A stretch of 18,158 bases of DNA from Promethearchaeota archaeon (GCA_018238625.1 JABCSY010000086.1:1-18158), one strand, 5' to 3'; shown: positions 1 through 8,491, counted from the first letter of the stretch. Program-made: numbers and translations. Notes: generated by a model not told the origin, from the sequence alone.

Positions 1-214
1 ACGTTCTAATCGAACAATTTGCCATTCCAATAATGGCTTTTTGTTCCTCATCAAAAGCTACAAATACTTCAGAATTTGAATCTTTTTTCATATGTTCTAT
101 TATACTATTTCTCCATCTCTCTTCATCAAATTCCTGACCATTTAAAATGCAAATCTTCTTCATTAATAATGTAATTTCCTCTGTATCTCTTTCTGAAAAT
201 TCCCTAATTAACAT
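1..214 (-). CDS. GNAT-family N-acetyltransferase, N-terminal part (runs off the left edge)
   Basis: Not in the ORF track. My translation from the ATG at 214 is MLIREFSERDTEEITLLMKKICILNGQEFDEERWRNSIIEHMKKDSNSEVFVAFDEEQKAIIGMANCSIRT, open to the edge. The 'IRE...D..EI..L' start and 'VFVA.....IIG' strands are typical of GNAT N-termini. Confidence 0.7.
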   Translation of the reverse strand, partial: MLIREFSERDTEEITLLMKKICILNGQEFDEERWRNSIIEHMKKDSNSEVFVAFDEEQKAIIGMANCSIRT

Positions 215-295
215 TTTTAAAAATTTTTAAATTACATCCATCTAATTATGATAAATTAAATTTTTTTTAATTATTTGTTGATTATTCTTTTTAAA

Positions 296-1060
296 TTAAT
301 TACAAACCTCATCGATAAAATTTATGAGTGTGGATACAATCTCGTCGTGATCTGGACTACAAAGAATTGGATGGTCATTATGGTCCAGCCATATTTTTTT
401 CCTGACTTTAGAATTAACAATTTCATAAATAAAATCCATACTATTCTTTTTAATTACTGAGTCTAGGCGTCCTTGAAAAAATAAAGCAGGACAATTAATT
501 GCTCCTGATGTATTTCTCATTTCCTCCATTAGCTTATTAAATTTTCCAATAACATTAAGGGGAATTTTATCATAACCTACCCATTTTCCATTTGTCTCTT
601 GCTTAAACTCTTTTAACGGAATTGAATAATATTTAATGAATAATTTTAACAATGGAACTAATTTGGGAGCAAAACCTCGAATTCCAATGGGAGCGCTTAT
701 AGTAAAGACTCCATCGATGTTATTATTACTTGCTAATATTAGAGAGAAAACACCCCCCATAGAATGACCTCCAACTATAATTTTTTCACATTTTTCTCTA
801 ATTAATATTGTTTCTTTTTCTAAAGCTCTTTTCCACGCACTTAAAGGAGTAACTCGTAAATCTTCAGGTGAGGTTCCAAATCCGGGTAATAATGGTATAT
901 GAACGGTATACCCCTTTTTTTTGTGTAAATCCTCACCTAAAGGCTTTAGGTCCGCGCAGGTTCCACCCCCTCCACCATGAATAATTATAATCCCAATATC
1001 ATTTCCATCGAAATAAAAAGGTCCAGCACCAGGTAAAGTAACTTTAGATTGATTATTCAT
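296..1060 (-). CDS. alpha/beta-hydrolase (carboxylesterase/monoacylglycerol lipase-like)
   Basis: Nucleophile elbow GHSMGG, 'PLLPGFGTSPEDL' segment, putative Asp (GRLDSV) and His (NDHPIL). I prefer the ATG at 1060 (MNNQS) over the TTG at 1072. Confidence 0.88.
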   Translation of the reverse strand: MNNQSKVTLPGAGPFYFDGNDIGIIIIHGGGGGTCADLKPLGEDLHKKKGYTVHIPLLPGFGTSPEDLRVTPLSAWKRALEKETILIREKCEKIIVGGHSMGGVFSLILASNNNIDGVFTISAPIGIRGFAPKLVPLLKLFIKYYSIPLKEFKQETNGKWVGYDKIPLNVIGKFNKLMEEMRNTSGAINCPALFFQGRLDSVIKKNSMDFIYEIVNSKVRKKIWLDHNDHPILCSPDHDEIVSTLINFIDEVCN

Positions 1061-1114
1061 ATCAGATCGCAAATTAAATCGGATTTTTGATAAAAAATTT
1101 GGTTTTAAATTTCT

Positions 1115-1642
1115 TCATTTTTTTATTGCTTTATAACAAGGAATGCATATATTTCTATCTTGATATCCCATGATACGGCTGTCCATTGTAAGTTCACCGC
1201 ACATTTCACAAGGAACCGATTCTTCTATTTGAGCCAATATTGGAGGATCAAATTCAATTTCTCTTATATCAAAGAGTTCTTCAGGTTCAAGATCTAATAT
1301 CTTTTGAATTTTTTCATCCCTTGATAATTTTTTACTATCCAAAACTGAAGCTTTTAAAGCTAAATTAACCGCTTTTTGGCTCTTTCTACTGTATATCTTA
1401 TAATTATTCTTACCATAATCATTATGAATTAAATTGCCTTTACCATACGTGGTACCTAATAACGTCTGAAGCGCGTCAACGCTACAATTATCCGTCTCGA
1501 CAACAGCTACTAGCTCCTCGTCAGAGGAACGCTCAAAACCGTGTTCCAAAACGTATTTAGCAACTAATACGCCTATAGCGATACCTGGACATATATGACC
1601 GTGAAAAATCGTAGCTTTTTTCATCAATTCTCTAGTTTCCAT
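1115..1642 (-). CDS. fmdE: FmdE-family protein (formylmethanofuran dehydrogenase subunit E-like) with C-terminal zinc finger
   Basis: FHGHICPG and ETDNCSVDALQ motifs, TYGKGNL...DYGK, C-terminal CxxCGE...CxxC. Confidence 0.88.
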   Translation of the reverse strand: METRELMKKATIFHGHICPGIAIGVLVAKYVLEHGFERSSDEELVAVVETDNCSVDALQTLLGTTYGKGNLIHNDYGKNNYKIYSRKSQKAVNLALKASVLDSKKLSRDEKIQKILDLEPEELFDIREIEFDPPILAQIEESVPCEMCGELTMDSRIMGYQDRNICIPCYKAIKK

Positions 1643-1726
1643 TCAAAATCAGCTAATAATTTTAGATTTATTAAAAATATCAAATATATTAATTTATTTT
1701 ATGACTTAAATATAATTGTAATAGGT

Positions 1727-2218
1727 ATGAAATTTCTTGCAGATGCAATGTTAGGAAAACTCGCGCGATTCTTAAGAATTTTTGGTTACGATACAATTTA
1801 TGCTAACGATTTAATCGATTATTATCATGTTGATCCCGTTCCGGACGAAAAATTAAAACTATATGCCGAAGAGCATAATAGAATTGTTATAACTAAAGAT
1901 TTGCCGTTCTATCAAAAAATAAGGGAAAAAGCAATATTTCTAGAAGGAAAAGGTGTGTATAACTATTTAAACCAACTTAAGGTAAAGCTAAAATTATCTT
2001 ATAAATTTAACATCCAAAATGCGAGATGTTCGACTTGTAATTCACCTCTTCAAGAAGTTCCTGATAAGATTTTGATAAAAAACTTAGTGAAACATGAAAC
2101 TTTTTTGACCTACAATGAATTTTTTCAATGTGCTAATCCAACATGTAGAAAAGTATTTTGGGATGGACCACATATAGCGGATATTAATAGAAAAATACAA
2201 AATATGACCAAAAACTAA
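1727..2218 (+). CDS. Mut7-C RNase domain protein (PIN-like fold plus zinc ribbon)
   Basis: MKFLADAMLGKLARFLRIFGYDT, 'RIVITKD', RCSTCN and C-x4-C-RKVFWDGPH. Start placed at the ATG at 1727; the ORF-track extension to 1595 overlaps fmdE. Confidence 0.88.
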   Translation: MKFLADAMLGKLARFLRIFGYDTIYANDLIDYYHVDPVPDEKLKLYAEEHNRIVITKDLPFYQKIREKAIFLEGKGVYNYLNQLKVKLKLSYKFNIQNARCSTCNSPLQEVPDKILIKNLVKHETFLTYNEFFQCANPTCRKVFWDGPHIADINRKIQNMTKN

Positions 2219-2451
2219 GTCTTAGTGCTTGAGAAGAAGTTCTTTTTTATGTCGTTAAATCTTGCTTTAACATCTTCTGCTTCTGCTTTTGCTCCTCCCT
2301 TTTCAAACATTGTATGCGCTTGAGAGAGTAATTCAAGGGATTTTTTATATTCTCTATTTTTAAAATGGTTATCTGCTAACTCAACTAAATATTTTCCTTT
2401 TTTAACGAAAAACTCGATAAACTGCGCAGAAGTATCAATTTTTCTACTCAT
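2215..2451 (-). CDS. small alpha-helical hypothetical protein (TPR/MIT-like helical pattern)
   Basis: 78 aa from the ATG at 2451 (alternative TTG at 2460). Charged amphipathic helices 'LVELADNHFKNREYKKSLELLSQAHTMFEK'. 4-bp convergent overlap with the Mut7-C gene. Confidence 0.7.
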   Translation of the reverse strand: MSRKIDTSAQFIEFFVKKGKYLVELADNHFKNREYKKSLELLSQAHTMFEKGGAKAEAEDVKARFNDIKKNFFSSTKT

Positions 2452-2533
2452 CCTAAACAATTCTTTTTTTTTTTGGACTATATGTATCTTATAAAGTTAA
2501 ATTAATTAAAATTAACTAAAAATTAGTTATATT

Positions 2534-3976
2534 CTATTTTTGTGCTTTTATACGGAACTCTTGCATCTCAATAACTTTTCCTTTTAAACGAGATTCATCC
2601 GCAGCAAAAGCCATGAGATGACTTTCTAAAGTTTCGTTTGCGTTTGTTAAAGGTTGGGATTTGCTCTTACCAGCTAAAGTTTCTAAAAACGCATCGATTA
2701 ACGAGAAATCGCCTCCACCATGACCAGAATAATCAAGTGAGAGCTGTTGAGAAAAAATTACTTTTTCAGTACCTGAAAAATGATCGAATAAAGTAATTTT
2801 CTGCCCCGCATCGGAGAATTGTCCAATTAGCGTAGCTTTAGTTCCGTCAATCCTTAAAGTACGCCCCTCCCTTTCACTAAATCCATGCATAGTTAAATTA
2901 GCTGTCACATTATTTTCAAATTCGATATTAACGACTTGATGGTCAACTACATCGTTATCGCATTTATAGACGCACCTACCGTAAGGACTCGTTTTTAGAA
3001 TTCTCATTTTCGTTTCATCAGAGTAATCTTCGATACTTTCTTCAGGAAGACCGGAATAAAGAGGTTCCACAGGCCAATCCCTCCAATATCTCAATCGCTG
3101 TAAAAGTTTAATTAATTTACTCAATCCAGTTAATAATTTTATGTGTTTTTTTCTCAGATTAGCGAGAAATCTAAATCCTTTTTTATCGCTTTTTTCTAAT
3201 ATTTGAATTATCGGAATTATATCGATATATATTCTTGGAGCGAAATACAAGCAAGTATCTTCTATAGGACATCCCTCTACGCAATATTCTGGAACATCCT
3301 TAGGAGAATTGGCTGAATTGAAATGTATTAAACTTCCAAACGAACTTATTTTTTTTGGTAAAGCACCAACCATCCAAAATAACAAATCAAGATCGTGACA
3401 GCATTTTGCTAGTATCATAGGGGATGATGCTCTAACATTCCTCCAGTTTCCTCTAACAAAACTGTGCGCCATATGATACCAACTTACATTTTCTCGATGT
3501 GAAATGTTTACAAGATTTCCCAATAACCCTTTTTGAATAGTATTTTTAATAGTCGAAAAGAAACTTGTATATCTTAAAACATGGCTAATTCCTAGTATTC
3601 TACCAGTTTCCTCAACTTTTTTGACAATTCTGATACAACCTTCTAAAGTGTGAGCCATAGGTTTTTCTAATAGGACGTTGTACCCTATATCTAACGCCTT
3701 AATTGTAGGTTCAATATGCATTTGATCTTGCGTGCAAATAAAAACAGTTTCGGCTAACTTTTCTTCTTGTAATAAATCCTCCCAACTTTTAAAGCACTTA
3801 TTAGGGGGAATTTCATGAAGTTGAGCAAATTTTTCTCTTCTGATCTTAATAGGTTCAGCAACTGCTAAAAATTTCAACTTTTCTGGATATTTTAATGCGT
3901 ATTCACCATAAACAGTCATTCCTCTATTACCGGCACCAAGCAAAATTGCTGTTATAGTTTCTTTTGCTTCCTTCAT
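2534..3976 (-). CDS. Gfo/Idh/MocA-family NAD(P)-dependent oxidoreductase
   Basis: Rossmann motif LLGAGNRG, LLEKPMA, HVLRY, HSFVRGNWR, KCCHDLD, YGRCVYKCDNDVVDHQVV, GHGGGD. A GGAG SD-like sequence lies upstream. Confidence 0.92.
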   Translation of the reverse strand: MKEAKETITAILLGAGNRGMTVYGEYALKYPEKLKFLAVAEPIKIRREKFAQLHEIPPNKCFKSWEDLLQEEKLAETVFICTQDQMHIEPTIKALDIGYNVLLEKPMAHTLEGCIRIVKKVEETGRILGISHVLRYTSFFSTIKNTIQKGLLGNLVNISHRENVSWYHMAHSFVRGNWRNVRASSPMILAKCCHDLDLLFWMVGALPKKISSFGSLIHFNSANSPKDVPEYCVEGCPIEDTCLYFAPRIYIDIIPIIQILEKSDKKGFRFLANLRKKHIKLLTGLSKLIKLLQRLRYWRDWPVEPLYSGLPEESIEDYSDETKMRILKTSPYGRCVYKCDNDVVDHQVVNIEFENNVTANLTMHGFSEREGRTLRIDGTKATLIGQFSDAGQKITLFDHFSGTEKVIFSQQLSLDYSGHGGGDFSLIDAFLETLAGKSKSQPLTNANETLESHLMAFAADESRLKGKVIEMQEFRIKAQK

Positions 3977-4105
3977 TATTTTTTCTCTCCCTTTTTTATT
4001 TTAAATTGTTTGAATAGATATAGCATTAATTAATAATACAAGATATTTTTAGAAAATTAAGAACATTTTTAATTATTACTCGATAATTATAGTGTCTAAA
4101 AATAT

Positions 4106-5224
4106 TTAGGTTTTTAACACTGAAGGGATTTTTCCTTCAATTAAAAGATAATCTAATAGAACTATAGCCGCCATAGACTCAACAACTACAACGGCTCTTG
4201 GGACAATACAAGGGTCATGACGCCCTTCTATTTTAATTTCCTCTCCTTTCATTGTTTTAACATTCACTGTTTTTTGAGTCAATCCTATAGAAGGCGTTGG
4301 TTTGACTGCAACAGTGAATTTAATTGGCATACCTGTAGATATTCCCCCTATAATCCCACCAGAATCGTTTTTCACGGTTCTAATTTTCCCCTCTTTTATA
4401 GTCCATGGGTCGTTATGCTCAGACCCTTTCATTTTTGCAGCCTTAAACCCAGCCCCAAACTCAATTCCTTTTATTCCGGGTATAGAAAAAATAGCCTTGC
4501 TAATATTGGATTCAAGACTATTGAATATAGGTCCGCCAATTCCAACGGGAAAGTTATTGATTATACAACTAATAGTTCCTCCGATCGAATCGTTAGCTTT
4601 TTTAACTTCTTCAATTTCGTGTTCCATTTTTTTTGATAAATCCGTATTTAATGCTCTTACAGGTGAAACTTCTCTTTTCTTGATAAAAGTGTTGATATCT
4701 TTAATGTAATAATTTGTTGAATCTTCAATTTTCCCAATACTTTTTGTGTACGCAAAGACTGAAATATTTACCTTATTTAAGATTTGTTTAGCTAGTGTTC
4801 CCGCCATTACGAATCCTACTGTAATTCTTCCTGAAAATCTTCCAGATCCGCGATGATCGGCGAAGCCTCCAAACTTCTGCGAAATAACGTAATCCACTTG
4901 AGACGGTCTAAGCACTTCTTTAAATCGGTCGTATTTTGACGAATCTACGTCCTCATTTTTGACTATCAGACAAATTGGAGCTCCTGTCGTTTTATTATTA
5001 AAAATTCCCGCTAAAATTTCGACTTTGTCTAATTCTGCTCGAGATGTCGTTAAATGAGATTGTCCAGGTCTTCTTTTATCTAATTCTCTTTGAATAAGAT
5101 CTAAATCAAATTCTAACCCAGCAGGCGCTCCATCAATAATAACACCTACTAACATACCATGACTTTCTCCAAACGAAGTGATTTTAAAAATTTTTCCAAA
5201 CGTGTTATCTCCCAATTTTATCAA
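4106..5224 (-). CDS. aroC: chorismate synthase
   Basis: SFGESHG, RRPGQS, GRFSGRIT, DSIGG, GIEFGAGF, GGIIGGISTG, VKPTPSI, GRHDPCIVPRA. TTG start at 5224, with an alternative TTG at 5215. Confidence 0.95.
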   Translation of the reverse strand: MIKLGDNTFGKIFKITSFGESHGMLVGVIIDGAPAGLEFDLDLIQRELDKRRPGQSHLTTSRAELDKVEILAGIFNNKTTGAPICLIVKNEDVDSSKYDRFKEVLRPSQVDYVISQKFGGFADHRGSGRFSGRITVGFVMAGTLAKQILNKVNISVFAYTKSIGKIEDSTNYYIKDINTFIKKREVSPVRALNTDLSKKMEHEIEEVKKANDSIGGTISCIINNFPVGIGGPIFNSLESNISKAIFSIPGIKGIEFGAGFKAAKMKGSEHNDPWTIKEGKIRTVKNDSGGIIGGISTGMPIKFTVAVKPTPSIGLTQKTVNVKTMKGEEIKIEGRHDPCIVPRAVVVVESMAAIVLLDYLLIEGKIPSVLKT

Positions 5225-5581
5225 CCCAGCTATAAATAATCAAGGATACAATCAATTATACGATATAATTAATATATTAAGATATAAATAATGTAAATAA
5301 TATTCTTATTTTCAGTATATTTATGATTTACTAATGTATTTTTTATTACATTTTATTAATAAAATATGAATGTTCTAAATCTTGATATCCTTAGTCACTT
5401 AGTGGAAGATAATAAAACTAACCGAACTGTAAAGAATAATAGAAGAAGTACAAAATCTAAGAACAAATTAAAGGTCAACAGAAATTGGTGATAATGTGTA
5501 TTTTTTTCTATTCTTTTTTCAAGCCTTTCATTTCAAATAAAACTTAGAAGTATTTTTAGGTTTTATTAGATTTTTTATTCT

Positions 5582-6193
5582 ATGTCACTTTTATCAATGC
5601 TAACTTTAATCTTTTTTTTAATTGCTTCAATTTCAGATATATTTATTCCCTTTATTATTAGTACCAAATATCCTAATTATAGTCATTTAAAATTAACAAT
5701 TAGTGAGTTAGGATCTCATGTTAGTCCAGTAAAAAGAAAAGAATCCATTAATTTAATTTTTGTTGGATTTATGTTTATTATAGGAGGAATTCTACAAGAA
5801 TTACTTTTCTTATCGATTAATGTTCTAAGTATTTTTAAAAATCTTTATGTTATTGGAATTATTATTTTTGGTTTGGGTTGTATTATTGCTGGTAAATATC
5901 CTGAAGACCCTAAAGGGGAAGAAGAATCTAAAGATGGAAAAATTCATGGAATAGGTTCGGGAATTGGTTTTCTTTTTTTATTAATGAATCCCTTTTATGC
6001 TTTATTTATTGAGGAATTTGTAATTATCTTAAATATAATTTTATTCATTTTAGGTATTTTGACTTTTTCATTATTTATTGTTTCAGAAAAGAAAAATGGA
6101 ATATTGGGACTTACGGGACTTTGGCAAAGATTGAATTTAATTGTGTTATATTCGTGTTTAATCATTAATTTATTATTTTTATTTAACAACTAA
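5582..6193 (+). CDS. DUF998-like multi-pass membrane protein
   Basis: About 6 hydrophobic segments, with YSH...ISELG, 'IHG' and GLWQRL motifs as seen in DUF998 proteins. Visibly more AT-rich than the flanking aro genes. Confidence 0.72.
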   Translation: MSLLSMLTLIFFLIASISDIFIPFIISTKYPNYSHLKLTISELGSHVSPVKRKESINLIFVGFMFIIGGILQELLFLSINVLSIFKNLYVIGIIIFGLGCIIAGKYPEDPKGEEESKDGKIHGIGSGIGFLFLLMNPFYALFIEEFVIILNIILFILGILTFSLFIVSEKKNGILGLTGLWQRLNLIVLYSCLIINLLFLFNN

Positions 6194-6219
6194 TAATTTT
6201 AAATGTTGAAAAATTCCAA

Positions 6220-7542
6220 ATGAAACTTCGAATATCCCCTACAACGAGACTTCAAGGAGAAATTATTGCACCACCTTCTAAAAGTTATTCTCATCGCGTT
6301 TTTATAGCTGCGAGCCTCGCCGAAGGAGTATCAATAATTAAAAACCCTTTAACCTCTGGTGATGTTAAGGTTACTATAGACTTCTTAAAGTCTTTGGGCC
6401 ATAGAATTACGAAAGCATCAAACGATACATACATAGTTAAGAGGTATGAAGGTTTAATTAAACAAATTAATCCATTATTCAACTGCAAAAATTCAGGTAC
6501 ATCTATTAGGATATTTAGCGCGTTAGCTATGGTGATTAAAGGGGGTCTTTCTTTTTCGGGCGAGTTTATTAAAAGAAGGAGACCAATTCTTCCATTATTA
6601 AACGCTTTGAAAAGTATTGGCGGTAGCTATGACTTAACCGAAGAATCGTTAATTATCAAGCGAAAAAGTAAAAAATGTAGTACTGTAGAAATTCAAGGGG
6701 ATGTTAGCTCTCAGTTTGTTTCAGCTCTATTGATGGTGTGCCCATTGTTAATTTGTAAAAAAACCAATCATATTACAGTTGAAATTACAACTCCTCTTAT
6801 TTCCTATCCATATGTAAATATAACTTTAGATGTTTTAAACTCATTTGGAATTAACATTCAAGAAAGTTTAGACGAACAAAAAGTTGGTAAATACATAATC
6901 TCATGTGGGCAGAAATATAGAGCCCAAACTTACGAAATCCCTGGTGACTTTTCTTCAATATCTTTTATTATAGCTGCGGCTATACTATCTCCCGAAGATT
7001 CTAGGATAATTATAACCAATCTTAATTTTGACAAACCTCAAGGGGATCAAAAAATAATTAAGATTTTACAAGAGATGGGAGCAAATATCGAAGTTAATCG
7101 AGATAAAAATTCTATTACTGTTAATGGTAATCTAAAGAAACATCCGTTAATTGGTTTGGATATTGATATCCGCGAAAATCCCGACTTATTTCCCATATTA
7201 TCCATTATTGGCGCATTTGCTGAAGGTAAGACTGAATTATATAATGCTTCAAGTCTAAGAGATAAAGAAAGCGATAGAATATTAATAATTGCTAGAGAAT
7301 TAGGTAAAATGGGAGTTGTAGTAGAAGAAAAAGAAGATAAACTTACTATATATCATTGTGATAACTTAAAAAGTGCTAATATTAATCACGAAAACGATCA
7401 CAGGGTTGCTATGGCGTTTACCGTTGCGTGTTTGTATGCTGAAGGCTTTTCTCAGATAGTGAATATCGAAATTGTGAAGGATTCTTATCCAAATTTTATT
7501 GAAGATATTGTAAAATTAGGAGCAAAAACAGAATTAACATGA
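6220..7542 (+). CDS. aroA: 3-phosphoshikimate 1-carboxyvinyltransferase (EPSP synthase)
   Basis: PPSKSYSHR, NSGTSIR, RRPI, SSQFVSALL, PGDFSS, QGD, PDLFP, RDKESDRI, DHRVAM, SYPNF. Confidence 0.96.
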   Translation: MKLRISPTTRLQGEIIAPPSKSYSHRVFIAASLAEGVSIIKNPLTSGDVKVTIDFLKSLGHRITKASNDTYIVKRYEGLIKQINPLFNCKNSGTSIRIFSALAMVIKGGLSFSGEFIKRRRPILPLLNALKSIGGSYDLTEESLIIKRKSKKCSTVEIQGDVSSQFVSALLMVCPLLICKKTNHITVEITTPLISYPYVNITLDVLNSFGINIQESLDEQKVGKYIISCGQKYRAQTYEIPGDFSSISFIIAAAILSPEDSRIIITNLNFDKPQGDQKIIKILQEMGANIEVNRDKNSITVNGNLKKHPLIGLDIDIRENPDLFPILSIIGAFAEGKTELYNASSLRDKESDRILIIARELGKMGVVVEEKEDKLTIYHCDNLKSANINHENDHRVAMAFTVACLYAEGFSQIVNIEIVKDSYPNFIEDIVKLGAKTELT

Positions 7543-7575
7543 AAATATAAGAAATTTGCAAAAGTGTATTTTATA

Positions 7576-8100
7576 TTAATCCTTGATATCACAACCACAA
7601 TGAGGACAGATTATAATGTTTGAGTCGATTTTCTTACCGCACTTTTTGCATGTTGGAATTATCACAGCTTTCTTTTTCGAAGAAGAGTTTTTTAAGTTCA
7701 ATAGGAAGCTATTCTTTTGGTCCATCAAATCTTCTCTTTTTTTAGCACCATGAATTATGCTGAAGATAAACGCAATAATTAAAACTATAATAAATGGTAT
7801 TAAAAAAATTGGCATCGGATTATTATAACCTACAGAATCAAAGGCAACATTTGTAATTATTAGAAAAATTATAAGCACGATTATAAATGCAAAATAACTT
7901 ATTGGAGTTTTATAAACTGCTAAAGACATGTGATTAAAGTAACAAACTTGACAATATTCGTGCCTAGTAGAATACGATCTTTCAGATGCTTTATGTGTTT
8001 TGTTAAAAGCCTTTTTGCATTCTAAACAAATTAGCTTCCCACATTTTTCACATTTACTTTGTGCCTCTCTTTCTGGATGGTAATAACATTTTAAGCTCAT
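7576..8100 (-). CDS. membrane protein with N-terminal B-box-like zinc finger, two TM helices and C-terminal zinc ribbon
   Basis: CYYHPEREAQSKCEKCGKLICLEC, an extra CQVC, two hydrophobic stretches, and terminal CKKCG...CPHCG. Confidence 0.82.
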   Translation of the reverse strand: MSLKCYYHPEREAQSKCEKCGKLICLECKKAFNKTHKASERSYSTRHEYCQVCYFNHMSLAVYKTPISYFAFIIVLIIFLIITNVAFDSVGYNNPMPIFLIPFIIVLIIAFIFSIIHGAKKREDLMDQKNSFLLNLKNSSSKKKAVIIPTCKKCGKKIDSNIIICPHCGCDIKD

Positions 8101-8416
8101 TTTAATCCAATTTTGTTTATGTTAGTAACTATAAAAAATTTCGTTTTACTTATTTCTTAGTATCCCTTTCATTGTACTATAACTTCGATTTATGCCATAA
8201 TAGGTTGAAATGTGGGATAGTATATTTAAAAGTTTTTTTTATTTCAACCTTGGGAAATGAATCGTGTGAAATATTATAGATATGACCATAACGCTTGGCT
8301 CTATTCTGTAGTAAAGGGAGATTTTCATTATTCGGCTAAGATCACATCTCGTGAAAGGACTTGTAAATGGCGATTTCAACGAGGGATATGATATGATTTT
8401 TCAAAATTTTATTGTT

Positions 8417-8424
8417 AAAAAAAA
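8417..8424 (-). terminator. possible oligo(U) terminator of the rpl18e-rpl13-rps9 transcript
   Basis: T8 run on the minus strand about 70 nt after the rps9 stop. Archaeal termination commonly occurs at oligo(T). Confidence 0.3.
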
Positions 8425-8491
8425 GAGATAGTACCAACTAGTTGCCTGTAATGAAAGATGTTTTGTATAAGAATTAAGGAAAAATTGTAAA

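Noticed and set aside
1595-1726. N-terminal extension of the Mut7-C ORF
   Set aside because: It overlaps the fmdE start and the AT-rich divergent promoter; the domain begins at the ATG at 1727.
4217-4709. Two + strand ORFs (139 and 135 aa)
   Set aside because: Antisense shadows wholly inside aroC.
8101-8491. tRNA or rpoN expected after rps9; GTTGAAAT resembling a CRISPR repeat end
   Set aside because: No cloverleaf or T-loop, no RpoN CxxCG motif, and the 8-mers are inverted and irregularly spaced rather than arrayed.
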